NCBI GenBank assembly: GCA_973895155.1
Contig: OZ316897.1
Span: 8,207,832-8,271,831, forward strand
Source: Marsupella aquatica
Lineage: Eukaryota; Plantae; Marchantiophyta
Length of the DNA stretch: 64,000 nucleotides
Direction of reading: 5' to 3'
This document shows, piece after piece, positions 50,201 through 62,099 of this stretch (position 1 is the first letter of the stretch; the number at the start of each line of letters is the position of its first letter). The position numbers and the translations under genes are program-made. The notes below the pieces were generated by a model. It was not told the origin of the DNA. It saw only the letters and a program-made list of their open reading frames with translations, and searched no databases.

Positions 50201-52045
50201 TAGAATTGCTAAGTCGGCCAGTTTGAGCTTTCCCGTACAGGTAGTAGTGATTCACGATTCTCACCTGCCAGAAAAGTGCTACGAATGCAACTCTCTAAAA
50301 ATCGAGATGAGCAGTAAGCATGTAAAGTCATTACGGACTCTTAACAGGTGCAACCACATAACTGTGTTGAAGCAGCTAAGATCAACAGCAGCACAGAGTG
50401 ATAAGAGAGTGGTAGCATCAGAGGTAGACTCCAACCTCACTCGGATAGAACGGCATCTATGTCTTTATCTAGATTATCCAGCAAGGGCATACTGTCGATA
50501 GTCATGTATATCAACCCTGTTGACATGGAACTTCACCTTCGACCTCCTGTAGGAACAGAGAGAGAGCAAAACCACTAGCGCATTCCTGATGTCATAACGG
50601 TCCAAATGTTCCCCCGGATATTCCTTAATCATCAGATAATTTCACCGCAATTTGCAACAAATGGTTAAGGGTTTAGCACAGGATGCAATCCAGCACAAAC
50701 ATGAAGGAAAACACCCTCTGTTCCTACCTATTTTTCGCCCACAGGAATGCCGCGGAAGACAACTGAAACCCGGAAGATAGGCACATTCCCTGGAAGCATA
50801 ACAGGAGAGACGATTTGAGCGAGGTGTGACTTTCAGAAACGGCATTGGTTGGTCCCACTGCATCAGCAGCGGACTCGAGGTTGAAAAGCAATCAGCTGGA
50901 CAATCTGCCCAAAACCACTGAACTCCAACACAGACTCCTGCAAGCTGGTTCCAAATTTTGGCCGATCCATCAATTTCTACAGATTCCAGCAACGCATAGC
51001 TGGGGCACCGATACGGGGAAAACCCCACGTCCCAACGCAACCGCCAACCCGAGCAATTTCTCTCAAGACGAGACGGTCCCGACATAAAGGTCTGAAGAAT
51101 CGACCAGCTATGGAAGCGCGACCGGATCTCGGAATTGGGGCCATCCACACCTGGTCGGGCATGTGGTTTTGCTCTTCCTAACAATCCCACTTCACTCTCA
51201 TCGGCAACATCCACCACAGTACACAGAACATAATAACCTTTCGCCGGACTACTCTAGAGGAGAAAGGGAGGAGATCTCAGTTCGCATTGAACGACGATGA
51301 GAAAGAGGACGCGCATTGAATCACATAGAGGACCGAGGGGATGTAAGGTGCAAGTTCTTCATCATACTATATATGCTGCACTCGCTGAACATCAGTCCCA
51401 GCTGCGGAGGCCTTCCGATCGTATTTATTGTCAAGCTTGAGCTTCACAGCCAGAGTTGAGGTTGTAGAGTGGTGGCTACTACCAGTGAACGAAGGTTAGA
51501 ATGGGTTAAGCTTGGAATCATTACACACGGGTAGGAATCAATAAGTGATGCCAATGAAGACGAGGTGATCCAAAACCATAGACTGTTGTGGTGGTTATTC
51601 CGTGGTTCCACTATGCACACAACCTCATATCCTTCAACACAATTGCCACAATTCTGTGATGGTCGATGTGTTATCTCCTATGTCGAAGTGAGTAAAACGT
51701 TTCTGTCTGGCATCACTTTCGCTCGAACACCGATTCCGGTACAGCATTAGTTGCGCTCTACCATGAGTGGCAATTTCTGCTCTATCATCTCTGCTCTAAC
51801 ATCACTTTTGGTTCAACATCAGTTTCCCGTAGGGATGTTCTTTCAAACAAATTCAGTGTCGTCTGTTGATTTCAAGCTTTGTGCGAGAGTCGTAAGCTTG
51901 TAGAGCCAACCTCTGATCATGGACAAATGGGATCGAGATGGACAGTTTGCAATTTGCTGGGTATATGTTTGGAATCCAAGGGGATTTTTCCCTTTTTCGT
52001 GAGGGATTACGTACATAGCGCAGCAAGGTCGTCGCTGTTGTTGCT

Positions 52046-52402
52046 TAAATCATGGGGAGGGCCTGATTAAGTAAAGAGCTTCTTCACCTTGTTGGAAATT
52101 ATATCATGGGGAGGTCCTGATTAAAGAACAAGGAATTAAATCATGGGGAGGGCCTGAATATGAATGCAAGCATGCTGGAACTGATGATGGGAGCCTCAGG
52201 TCCTGATTAATTCAAGAGCTTCACCTTGTTGGAAATTATATCATGGGGAGGAGGTCCTGATTAATTCAAGAGCTTCACCTTGTTGGAAATTATATCATGG
52301 GGAGGTCCTGATTAACGAGCTTCACCTTGTTGGGAATTAAATCATGGGGAGGTCCTGATTAACGAGCTTCGCCTTGTTGTAAATCATGGGGAGGTCCTAA
52401 TT
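52046..52402. repeat. Minisatellite of 7 catggggag-containing units, apparently amplified from the 5' end of the adjacent LTR
   Basis: catggggag at 52051, 52105, 52142, 52242, 52296, 52343 and 52385; several units contain TGTTGGAAATT, the LTR start. Confidence 0.85.
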
Positions 52403-53003
52403 ATGGATGCAAGCATGCTGGAACTGATGATGGATGCAAGCATGCTCAAATTGATGATGGATGCATGCATGATGGGCCTGTAGCTGACTGGTAGAGCATT
52501 ACAATGTCAACAACTCAGTGGTAGAGCATTACTATGTTCACAGGAGATACTAGGTTCAATTCCTAGCGGGTCCATACTACCTAAAGTTCCAACATTGTAT
52601 CATAGCCAAAGCCAAAGATCAGGAATTTCTCTAGAGTGTTGAAGATGTTGGAAATGAACCACACCTAATTGATGATGGAAGCAAGAATGCTCAAACCGAC
52701 GAAGGATGAAAGCATGCTCAAATTGATGATAGATGCACGCATGATGAGCCTGTAGCTTAGTGGTAGAGCACTACGATGTACACAGGAGATCCTAGATTCA
52801 ATTCCTAGCTGGTCCATGTTACCAAAAGTTCCAACATTGTATCATAGCCAGAGATCAGGAATTTCTCTTGAGTGTGGAAGGTGTTGGAAATAAACCACAC
52901 TCAACTGATGATGGATGCAGGTATGAAGGGTCTGTAGCTCAGTGGTACAAGGGAGGTCCTAGGTTTAGTTCCTAACTAGTCCATGTTGTTTAAAGTTCCA
53001 ACA
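52090..53003 (+). mobile_element. Tandem TRIM (LTR-PBS-PPT-LTR-PBS-PPT-LTR) with tRNA-like cassettes in the LTRs
   Basis: LTR2 52646-52836 and LTR3 52882-53003 start TGTTGGAA and end TTCCAACA; LTR1 ends at 52594 and its start is uncertain. Each linker begins TTGTATCATAGCC (11/13 to the iMet PBS TGGTATCAGAGCC) and ends purine-rich. Confidence 0.8.
52746..52816 (+). pseudogene. tRNA-like sequence in LTR2, not a functional tRNA; sister copies at 52474-52574 and 52928-52983
   Basis: 71 nt with tRNA layout: A box TAGCTTAGTGG, D stem GCTT/GAGC, T arm CTAGA-TTCAATT-CCTAG (perfect CTAGG in copy 1), acceptor stem GGGCCTG/CGGGTCC in copy 1; the anticodon stem does not pair. Confidence 0.75.
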
Positions 53004-53396
53004 TTTCTATCAAGAATTTAAGTCTTCCCAAGAGTAATTCTTTCCTAGACTGATTCCCCACTTGAGGCATCTGGAGGTTGTTGGGTATGAAGACAAAGGG
53101 GTCTCACTAAGGGAAGTTAATGCTTGGATGTGCCGTGTTGTTTGATTTGGGGATCAAGATAGACCAAACACCTTTTTTGTGGCCTTGAAACCCAAGGCTT
53201 ACCCATCCAACACAGGATAGTTGATCAACTCTAGGGCAGGCGCCTCTGCAAGGTAGCCACCAGGGAGTCAAGCCCAGGGATCCAAAAGGGACCTAGATCA
53301 GGAGGGAGAGAGGGTTGAACCAGAGCCATAGTCCTAAAGTGGACCAGCCAGGGGCCCTGGTTGAGGAGAAACCAGGACTCTATCCACTACACTACA

Positions 53397-53497
53397 CCCC
53401 ACCCACACACATACCCTTCACAACCCTTGCATGTGGTGGGGGGATTGAACCTGGGACCTCTCTATTTGAGGTTAAGCCCTTGGCCAACTGACCAGAC
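53397..53497 (-). mobile_element. tRNA-derived SINE-like fragment
   Basis: The - strand reads tggtcagttggcc...aggtcccaGGTTCAATCCcc...agggtatgtgtgt; related copy at ~62005-62099; no TSD seen. Confidence 0.6.
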
Positions 53498-56483
53498 ACT
53501 TTTTGACACACAATTGTGAGCATTTAGAGTATCCACACTGGATCAACTGACAGTGCTTTTTGGATATAGCCTCTACTATAATGGGGTGTCTCAAAGCTTT
53601 ATTGTAATGAGTGATGGCTTTTGGCCATAAAGAAATGACTCATAACTTTGTTCATAGACTTTTGCTAAAAGACTGTTTTGGTTTTCTGTCTGTGACCTTA
53701 ACCTAGTAGCTAAGGTACAAATATGAGGTGTTAGACTCCCCAATAGTTGCAGCAAAGCCAAGTGAAAAAGAGACCCTCACATACAAAGGGCATCTCCAAT
53801 GGTGACATAGTATAATCAATGGCAAATTGTATTTGTGTATCAAATACAACAATTAATTATAGCCTGGAGGGGGATACAAGCCATGGCTGAAATGACCTTA
53901 AGTGTTGATGTAGAACAGATTCTAATTCCTTTGATTTGTTTAAGAATTGTGACATAGCTAGAGCTGAACAGATAATTTTTTTTCATTGAATTTAACTAAT
54001 AGGTGGAGTTGTTTCAAATACTTGACTTTACTAGCAATATCCTTCAATCATCGCCAGATCATCGCTAGAAACCTAGAAACTTAAGCTTGGATGGAGTGGC
54101 AAAGCCCTGGGGTCCTCACTTCTTTCCTTCCGACCCATCACCCACAAATAAGCATAAGGTTTTTATTCGGTTTAGTGTAATTTTTTTTAAATTTTGAGGG
54201 AAAACATTAGGGGTGTCTCAGTTGAATTTTGAGAATTATGATAACATGGGGTTTTTTAACAAATATGAGAATATTCCAAGAATATTCCGAATATTTAGGG
54301 GTTAAAAAATCCCTTTGACAAAAAATATTTACTAATATTTTAGGGTATTTATTCCCCCAAAACTTCACGCATAATATGAGACCCCGCGTGGTGTGAGGCC
54401 CTGAGGGCAACGCTTGGATATCCCTTCTTAGAATCTCAAATAGACTTGGATAATACCTTTTACACTTTTGACTCAAATGTGACCTATAAGTTGTCTCAAG
54501 ACTGTTTCATTTAGTTCACCTTGTGTTCTGTAGCCTAGGTTGCGGCAAATGTGACTTTTTTTGCCGTATCTCTATCTACAAGAACAAAGTTCAGTGTTCG
54601 TGTCACGCCATGTACTTGAGATGTCCTTTGTTATAGAAGGAGTCCTGAGTGAAGTGCAGGGACAAAACAACAACAACAATCAAACGTGCTTTGCAGCTCA
54701 GGCCCAAGCTGCTGAGGGTGTAAGTACTTCACAAAAAGTGAAATGTCCTTCCCAAATTTTCATCCAAAAAGCAATAAGTTGGGCCTTTTTCCTTTTTGTT
54801 GTGAACTCGCTAACAACTTTCCGCAGTCAATGGTGATCACTAGGGACAATGTCTACCACTTGAGCTCTGTCGTCTAGAAAACTGTTTATTAACTAAGTCT
54901 ATGATGTTTAGTTGATGTAGCCACAAAACACTGTTGAATTGGCAAGGTAAACTCATTAGTTGAATTGACAGGGTAAACTCATTAGTTGAATTGCTGGCCA
55001 TGATGTAATTGGGTGAGGCATAATAGAAGTAGTGGTCAGAGCCTGATGTAACGATATGCACTGTCTTTGGTGAATTACAGCCCATAACCCCATCTAGGAT
55101 AGTCATAGAGTAGAGCACCGCATGCGCTAATCAGCTGTCTGGTAAAATAAGTGTTTAGCATGAAGGATGGTGTAAATGGTGGCCTTTGATCCCCACCAAA
55201 CCTCAATCAACCAAAAACAACATTTCAAACCACCAAATGTTGGCACTCACACGACACTGCTGCCAAGTCTGGCCCCATGGGAGCTGAGCCCGCTCAAACT
55301 CACCAAAGGCATCGGGCTGGATCTCGGAACTTGTGAACGGCCACAACGTCACTCTCAAAGACTTGTTCCCACCACAGTCATTTCTTTTGGTACAGTTGAA
55401 CGGCATGACTGGCCGGGCAGGGTTCTGTATCACACTCGCCACTCATGAAAACAACACCTTAACAGTCTCACTATACTTTGCCGATAGTGCACTGGGAATA
55501 CCGTGACCGGTGCAAATGCTCTTAGTTACCCCAGTCAAAAATGTGCCCATAGCAAGCATGGTTGGGGAGGGGTCTATCTCTCACTGGAGGTCCATCCAAT
55601 CATAATGTCATTTTGTGCACAGGATGTGGGATAATAGGTGGACTCATTCCCGCCCAAAAGTCTTGACCTAGGGGCCAGGGGCTTTGTTTCTTGGGCCCTG
55701 GTGTTGTTGCGGCCTTAGCCGATGTTCTTTGGCTTTGCTCCTGGGTTTTGCCCCCGCGCCCCCCCTCCCCCCCCCCCACGCGGTGGTCCTTGCCATGGTT
55801 TCCTGTTTTTGAAATAAAAATTTATTCCACCAAATAGTAAAAAGTAAAAAATGGTTGGGGAGGGGGGATGATGGGGTGTCTGGGGGGTGGGGCCAGGCGA
55901 GGGGGTTGGTGGGCTTGATGGAACCGGGAGAGGCATAATAGAAGTGGGGGTACGGTGTGTAAGTGAGCACGCGTAACCAAACCAGGAAGGACAGGTTCCT
56001 TCTTCCTTGTCATCAGCCATTTCAGCCCTATTTCCGTCCTCACGCCACAGAGCTTGCACTCCAATTCCCACCTTAGGACCCACGCATCCAGCACATCAGA
56101 GGAAGAAGAAGCAGCAGAAGGCGGAGGAGGAGGAGGAGCAGAAGCTGGATCGATCGCTGCACGCAAAACCCGCTTCTGCGTCATCCAATTGAGGTGAGAA
56201 ATTGAAGGGGAGAAGTCCAAATCAGAAACGAAGAGGATTGATGCAGGTTGCGGACGAGGGGTTGTAGATTTTGTTCTGAGCTTGCTTGACACTTTTCTCT
56301 GCATATCACCAATTGCGGAATATATACGGAATTGGGTTCCTGAGCAGTGCCTTCCTGGCCCCCAGACGGAGTAGGGATCTGGGGAGTGGGTGTTCTGTTT
56401 TGAGAGGTACTTGAGTGGCATGGCATCTCCGTGAACGTTCTCTTAATTGGAATTTGCGTCGAGGTTTTTCTGGACTTTCTCCA

Positions 56484-58830
56484 ATGGAGTTCTACGGAGG
56501 GTATGGCATGGGGTATCCCTCAACTCCCTTTGAGCAAAATTATCGCTGCTACTCGGCTTCGTTCATCGACAAGGTAACTGTTTTCCCCGTTCGAGAAGAA
56601 TCTTAAAAGAGGTGGTTCACAGATAGATATCCTCTAAGGGATGTTTTTGTCCTTATGTTGATGTCTTATGAATTTGTGAAAATTGGACTGCTCGCTCTTC
56701 GACTGATTCCGGTCTGATGTTATTATTTTTTACAGCCCCATCTCGAGAATGGAGATAAAGGTGAGACGCACGAAACGAGAACTTCGAGCTAAATTTTATG
56801 TCTCCCCTCCCGCTTGGGCTGTCTCGTTTTGCACAGCATGAATAGAATGATGTGGTCGTTACTGACAGTTTGATTTTCTCGGCTCTCTGTTGTGTACATG
56901 GGTGGTGGTGTGTTTCAGTAATCATGCCTCCATCGGCACTCGACCGACTTGGTAAGGAGCCCTAAACTCCAGGTTAACGCGAAATGAGAGCTCTGTCGTA
57001 GTTGTGACTGTACGTTTTACCGATTGTTGTCGATCCGTGCACTGTTTTATGATTTAATACCTTTGTGAATAAGAGATTTGACATTTGTGGTTTTTCATTT
57101 GTGGAACGAGACATGGGTCCACATTGTGTTTTTAATTAATTGCTCCACATTGATATTTCTTTTACTCTTGTTAATAAACTTGCATTTGTCAGTGTTGTTG
57201 GTCCGGGAATGATCTTCGTGGGCCAAAAAATTAGGTCACTGAGAGAATGTTTTAGGGTTTGGGATATCTGACGATTGCTTGTCTTGTGCTCCAGCATCCT
57301 TGCGAATTGATTACCCCATGCTGTTTGAGGTTTACAATCCCAATCCAGGAATGACTCGCACTTCCCATTGTGGGGTCTTGGAATTTGTGGCAGAGGAGGG
57401 CATGATCTACATGCCATACTGGGTGGGTTATCTTACACTTGCAGTTTCCGCCTCTCTTGTTAGTTCTTCCGTTCAGTAAACGATCTCCGATTCTGTTCGT
57501 TCCTCAGTAGGGTAACTGTGGACTTCATCGAGTTCTATTGCTACCTGCCAGCTCAACTTTGGTATCTTTTCCAACAAGGTCATGCAATGATGCTTTGGAG
57601 CAGAGGGACAGACAGGTGATTCTCTAAGTAAGGAGGAAATGTTTCCCCCTGCATGATCAGAGTATACTTCGCATTAATATTACTTTGTAACACCTTCCCA
57701 TGAACAGATGATGCAGAATATGCTCCTTCAGGAAGGGGATATTGTCAGAGTGAAAAGTGCTACTTTACCTAAGGGCACATATGTCAAACTGCAACCTCAC
57801 ACGAAGGATTTTCTTGATATTTCCAACCCAAAGGCTGTGTAGGTGTATTCTTATACGCGTTTTTGTGTTATGATGCATTCTAAATTGTTTACCTCAGAAT
57901 GTTGTGTTTGGTCAAGTCCAGGTTGTCCTCGGTGTACCTTAGCTTTAGATCGTGTCAGTCACGTAATCGTGTGCTTGACAAATTCTTGGACTGTGGAAAT
58001 CATCACAGCTTGGAAACAACTCTTCGGAATTTTTCTTGTCTGACTGTTGGGGACAACATCATGGTGGCATACAACAACAAAAAGTACTATATCGACATCA
58101 TTGAAGCAAAACCTTCTCAAGCTATCTCCATTATTGAAACCGACTGTGAAGTAGATTTTGCTCCACCTCTTGACTACAAGGAGCCAGAGCCCGTGAGGCC
58201 AGCTGCAGTTGCTGCACCGTCAACATCTGCTGGTACTCTATTGCCACTTGCACATGGAGTTCGCTTTTACTTGCAAAATCTATGTGGATAGGTGATTTGA
58301 GTGATATTCTCTAACTCCCCCCGTGTGTGTCATGATAGCATCTAAGGAGGTCGAGGAGCCACAAGAACAAAAGCCTGTTTATTTCACAGGTGTAGGGAGA
58401 AGACTGGATGGAAAACCTGCCAAGTATTCTGCCGGCCCTGTTGGCACTACGGCACCTGTCACAGCAGGTTCAGCAGCCTCCAGTAAAGCACCGGTCTCCA
58501 GTAGTTCGGCTCCACCGTCTTCGTCCGGTCCAGGGAGGGCATCTGGCAAGCTGATATTTGGATCTGGTGGAAGCAATGGAAATGCAAAGGTTTGTAGAAT
58601 TTACCTTCTTGTCAAATCTCCAGCTTCAGTGGGGAGTAAGAAACATTGATGTGGTTTGTTGCAAAGTTACTCTAGACATTTACTGCTTATCCTGACCCTA
58701 ACGTTTCATTTCCTTTGGTATACAGGCTCCACCAGCAAAGAAGGAAGATCCGAAAGCTGAACCGCCTCCTGCTGAAGAGCCTGCAAAGTTTCAGGCTTTC
58801 ACCGGGAAAAAGTACACTTTGAAGGGTTGA
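56484..58830 (+). CDS. UFD1: Ubiquitin fusion degradation protein 1 (CDC48/p97 cofactor), 8 coding exons, 328 aa
   Basis: Exons 56484-56573, 56736-56760, 56919-56951, 57295-57422, 57708-57838, 58009-58232, 58339-58589 and 58726-58830 join in frame. Motifs [81 protein letters not shown] and [11 protein letters not shown]. Confidence 0.96.
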
Positions 58831-61380
58831 GTACAGTTGACAAATCTCAGGTAGTATAATAGAAACAGTCTTCAATAGGGTGGCTGCTGATATTGGGGCC
58901 TAGTTGAGCTTCAGAGTGAGTTTTGTGGGTCTGCGTGCTGTTTGCATGTCACTCAATGGTAACGTGTCAGTTGAAGTCAACGATGAAGAAACATGATGGC
59001 CCTTATTTCAGTCCTTGCCATGAACTACTTGGACAAAACATTCCTTAGCAGCTGAGAGACTAGTAACAAGCTGGATTCCAAATGCTTGGGTATGTTTGGC
59101 ACGCATTGGCTCGTAGTGTAGTCAAAAGACTTCCCGTAACTGACATTGGCAACAGACATACTGCACAATAGACGTTAGCAGCTTATCATTGTATAGAGGT
59201 TTCAAAAATTTTATTGACTCAGGACACTTTTGGAGGACACAAGCCGTTCTGATGGTAGGTATGTGAGTCCGTTGGTTTGATGTACTCATATGTTAAATTT
59301 AGGACCGGACTATCGGATTGCCTTGACTTCCTTGATGGCCCTATTTGTGTACTTTGGATCCGTTTACTGTACATAGCATATTTCGACTGTATCTAATATT
59401 CTAGGTTCTCTTGGTTTGATTCTTACCATATACTCTGATGGCTAGGAAATCATATAATGCGAAAGTAAACAGTGCTTTGCAAAGTAAATCTGTTCATGTG
59501 AAAGCTCATTAGCTATGCCAAGAAAGTGAACGCAATTCTTGGGAGTTGCAAAATCTGGTGTTCTAAGTTTTCAGCTACTGTAGATGTCTCAAGACATTGT
59601 AGAATGGTAATTTTACTGAAGAAGTGCCACATTCTTGGTATTTGCATCTCAGCTCGTCAGCTGAAATTCATTTTAATTTGCTACGACGTTCTTAGAGGAG
59701 AGACACATAGTAGGGGCTGGTTCGAGTCCTGCTGAGCCTCCACCTCCATCGCTTGTTCCCGGGCTCAGCAGGAGAGTAAATCATTAGTTTGCCAATTAAA
59801 ATGCTAGATACTGCAACTACCTTGGAGTGTGTTTCCCACTAGAATTGGAGTCATTTGAGCACATAAAAAACTAAAAGAGGCAGTTGCAATCCGCAACAAC
59901 AATCAGACATTTGGTTCTGTGAATGAAGGGAACTTCGGCGGTGGTTCCTCCGTGCAGACGGATGGAGAAACGAACTAAACGTATGAACTAAACGCAGCGA
60001 AATTCTTGTCTTTTTTACATTTCTACGTAGGCCAAAATTGGGAGCAATTATTTTGGAATCTATGCTGAAGTAAACGAGCTTAGTAAATAGCCGGTGAAGA
60101 TATTACCTGGAATGAACGGACGCGATGGTATGGATGAGTTCACTTTTAACGTGCTTTAGTGGAGGTGTTATGTGGGGTAGCCTGTGACGGGTCTTTTAAT
60201 GAGGAGTTCACTTTAATGGCCTTCAGTGGGGGTGTTATGTGGGGTAGCATGTGAGGGGTGTCAGGTGTGGATGCATTTTTTGGGGCCTTTTAGTAAAAGT
60301 GTTAACGTGGGATGGCATCTGAGTGGTGTGGATGAATCTACTTTAAAGGTCCTTCAGTGGAGGTGTTACGTAGGACAGGGTGCAGTGGAGGTGTCATGTT
60401 ATGTTTGGAGCTAGTTCCTGATTTATAGGATAGTGGAGGTGTCATGTGTTAGTTGAAACATGGTCCTGATTTATAGGGTATTTCATTGATTTTTAAGAGA
60501 TATCATTCAATCTCTTAAACTTGGAGTGTTTGGAGATTTGATTCTATTTTGTCGGGCTGCTAGTAGACTTTTACAAGTCACCGAAGGAAAAAAACAAAGT
60601 ACAATGAAAGGCGAGAAAAAGTGGTCCAAAGAAAAAGAGGTCCAACGAGGACAAATTAAACAATCTGCTAGTAGATTGCTTAAGTTTGGTTACTTTTTTC
60701 TGTGAAATAACCTAGCGCATTATTTACACGTTAACACTTGCTACATCCAATAATGGAAGACCTTGGCTTCATCATTTGGTCCTAGTTTTTAATCATTTGA
60801 CCTTGTACCCAAGCCAAACCAAGACAAAAATTGGATAGAGTGAACAGTTAGTTCGATGGAATTTTAAAACGGGAAATGCGTCCAGACTGTTGGATATATC
60901 AGGGAGTTCCAAACCCAAAATCACAGAATCTTTTTTTGGTTAAAGTGCCACTGTCCATGACAAAACATGGAGATACCAGGTTTCAGCCCTTTTAGTGCCT
61001 TTTTCCTGAAATAGTGCCCACTGTCCATGACAAAACATTGATCCATCAGGCTTCAGCACTTTTAGTACCTTCTCCCTTTTTCCTGAAATTGTGGAGCAAA
61101 ATCTCACCCTAGAGGAAAGAAATGCAAAATAGTGAGAAATCCTGGGCACTTCTCATTTTAGATAACCTTTCTTGCTCCGGCTCTAATCTTCCTTCCAAAC
61201 CTAGCTCATGTCAAGACCCTGACTTTCTCCTGGGTTCCATCTGCACTTACCTAGTGCCCCATACCTGGTTGTTAGGCTTTCCAACACTTCTAAGTTTATT
61301 GTGTGTACAATCTTCATGCCAAATCTTACTCACTCCCCCAATTGCAACTTGCTCCCTGTGTCATTTACCCCCAAAGTAAC

Positions 61381-61709
61381 TGTAGGATCGAAACGGACAG
61401 CATGACGTCTCATAATCGTCAGTCATACAACACTCCGGTACACTGACACAAAGATACGTGGTTCACCCCGTCAGGGCTACGTCCACGGCCGCACCAAGAG
61501 CTTCACTATAAACACAAAAAGTACATATATCACCATAGCTCCATGGTCCAAGCTCTCTCTCTCTCTCACACAAAGTTCTCAACTAAGTGTTTTTTTTCTC
61601 CATGGGACACCAAGAGGGTTATCCCTTCATGAAGAGTCTAGTCAACTAATGTTTACTCCGGTTAACTTACTCTAGTTAACCTAGCCAAGGTTGAGTCAAA
61701 ACCCTAATA
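61381..61709 (-). mobile_element. Solo LTR (copia-like), 329 bp
   Basis: Perfect TSD GTAAC (61376-61380 / 61710-61714); + strand ends TGTAGG...CCTAATA (CA mutated to TA); tacgtggttc...ggctacgtccac is the reverse complement of the motif in the 17-kb LTRs. Confidence 0.8.
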
Positions 61710-62004
61710 GTAACGGTGACTTTCTCTAGGGTTCCATTCAGAGTCACTCACCCCCAACTTAGTCCTCTGCTCATCCATCTTGCCCATTGCCCCCTTCCCA
61801 GGCATTGGGTCTCCTGGCATTTCCATGTTAAAAATATTTGTATTAACAATCTATCGAGCAATCTATGCATGAGCATTGCAGCAGTACATGTATCTCTCAA
61901 GAATTTTATTCACTACTGTTTTTTATGTAAGAGAACACACAATGCAAATATTTTAGCCACTATAAGACAATCACACTATGGTACTTCATTCCCACTCACA
62001 CATG

Positions 62005-62099
62005 ATACACACATACCCTCCACACCCATTGTGTGGGGAGGGTGGGTTGAACTCAAGACCTCCTGGTTCTAGGCCAATTCCATGGCCAACTAAGCCAGT
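62005..62099 (-). mobile_element. tRNA-derived SINE-like fragment, same family as 53397-53497
   Basis: The - strand reads TGGCTTAGTTGG (A box)...aggtcttGAGTTCAACCC (B box)...gagggtatgtgtgt. Confidence 0.6.

Noticed and set aside
50642-51217. 191-aa ORF on the - strand
   Set aside because: Non-ATG start, no recognisable domain, and it lies inside a putative intron.
52046-52402. CRISPR-like repeat/spacer appearance
   Set aside because: The intervening sequences are themselves repeated, there are no cas genes, and the context is eukaryotic.
52474-52983. Cluster of three functional tRNA genes
   Set aside because: Anticodon stems do not pair or are deleted, copy 1 has an internal duplication, and all lie inside LTRs.
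55822-56421. 199-aa ORF antisense to the UFD1 leader
   Set aside because: Low-complexity translation of the GGA/GAA-rich 5'UTR and G-rich promoter.
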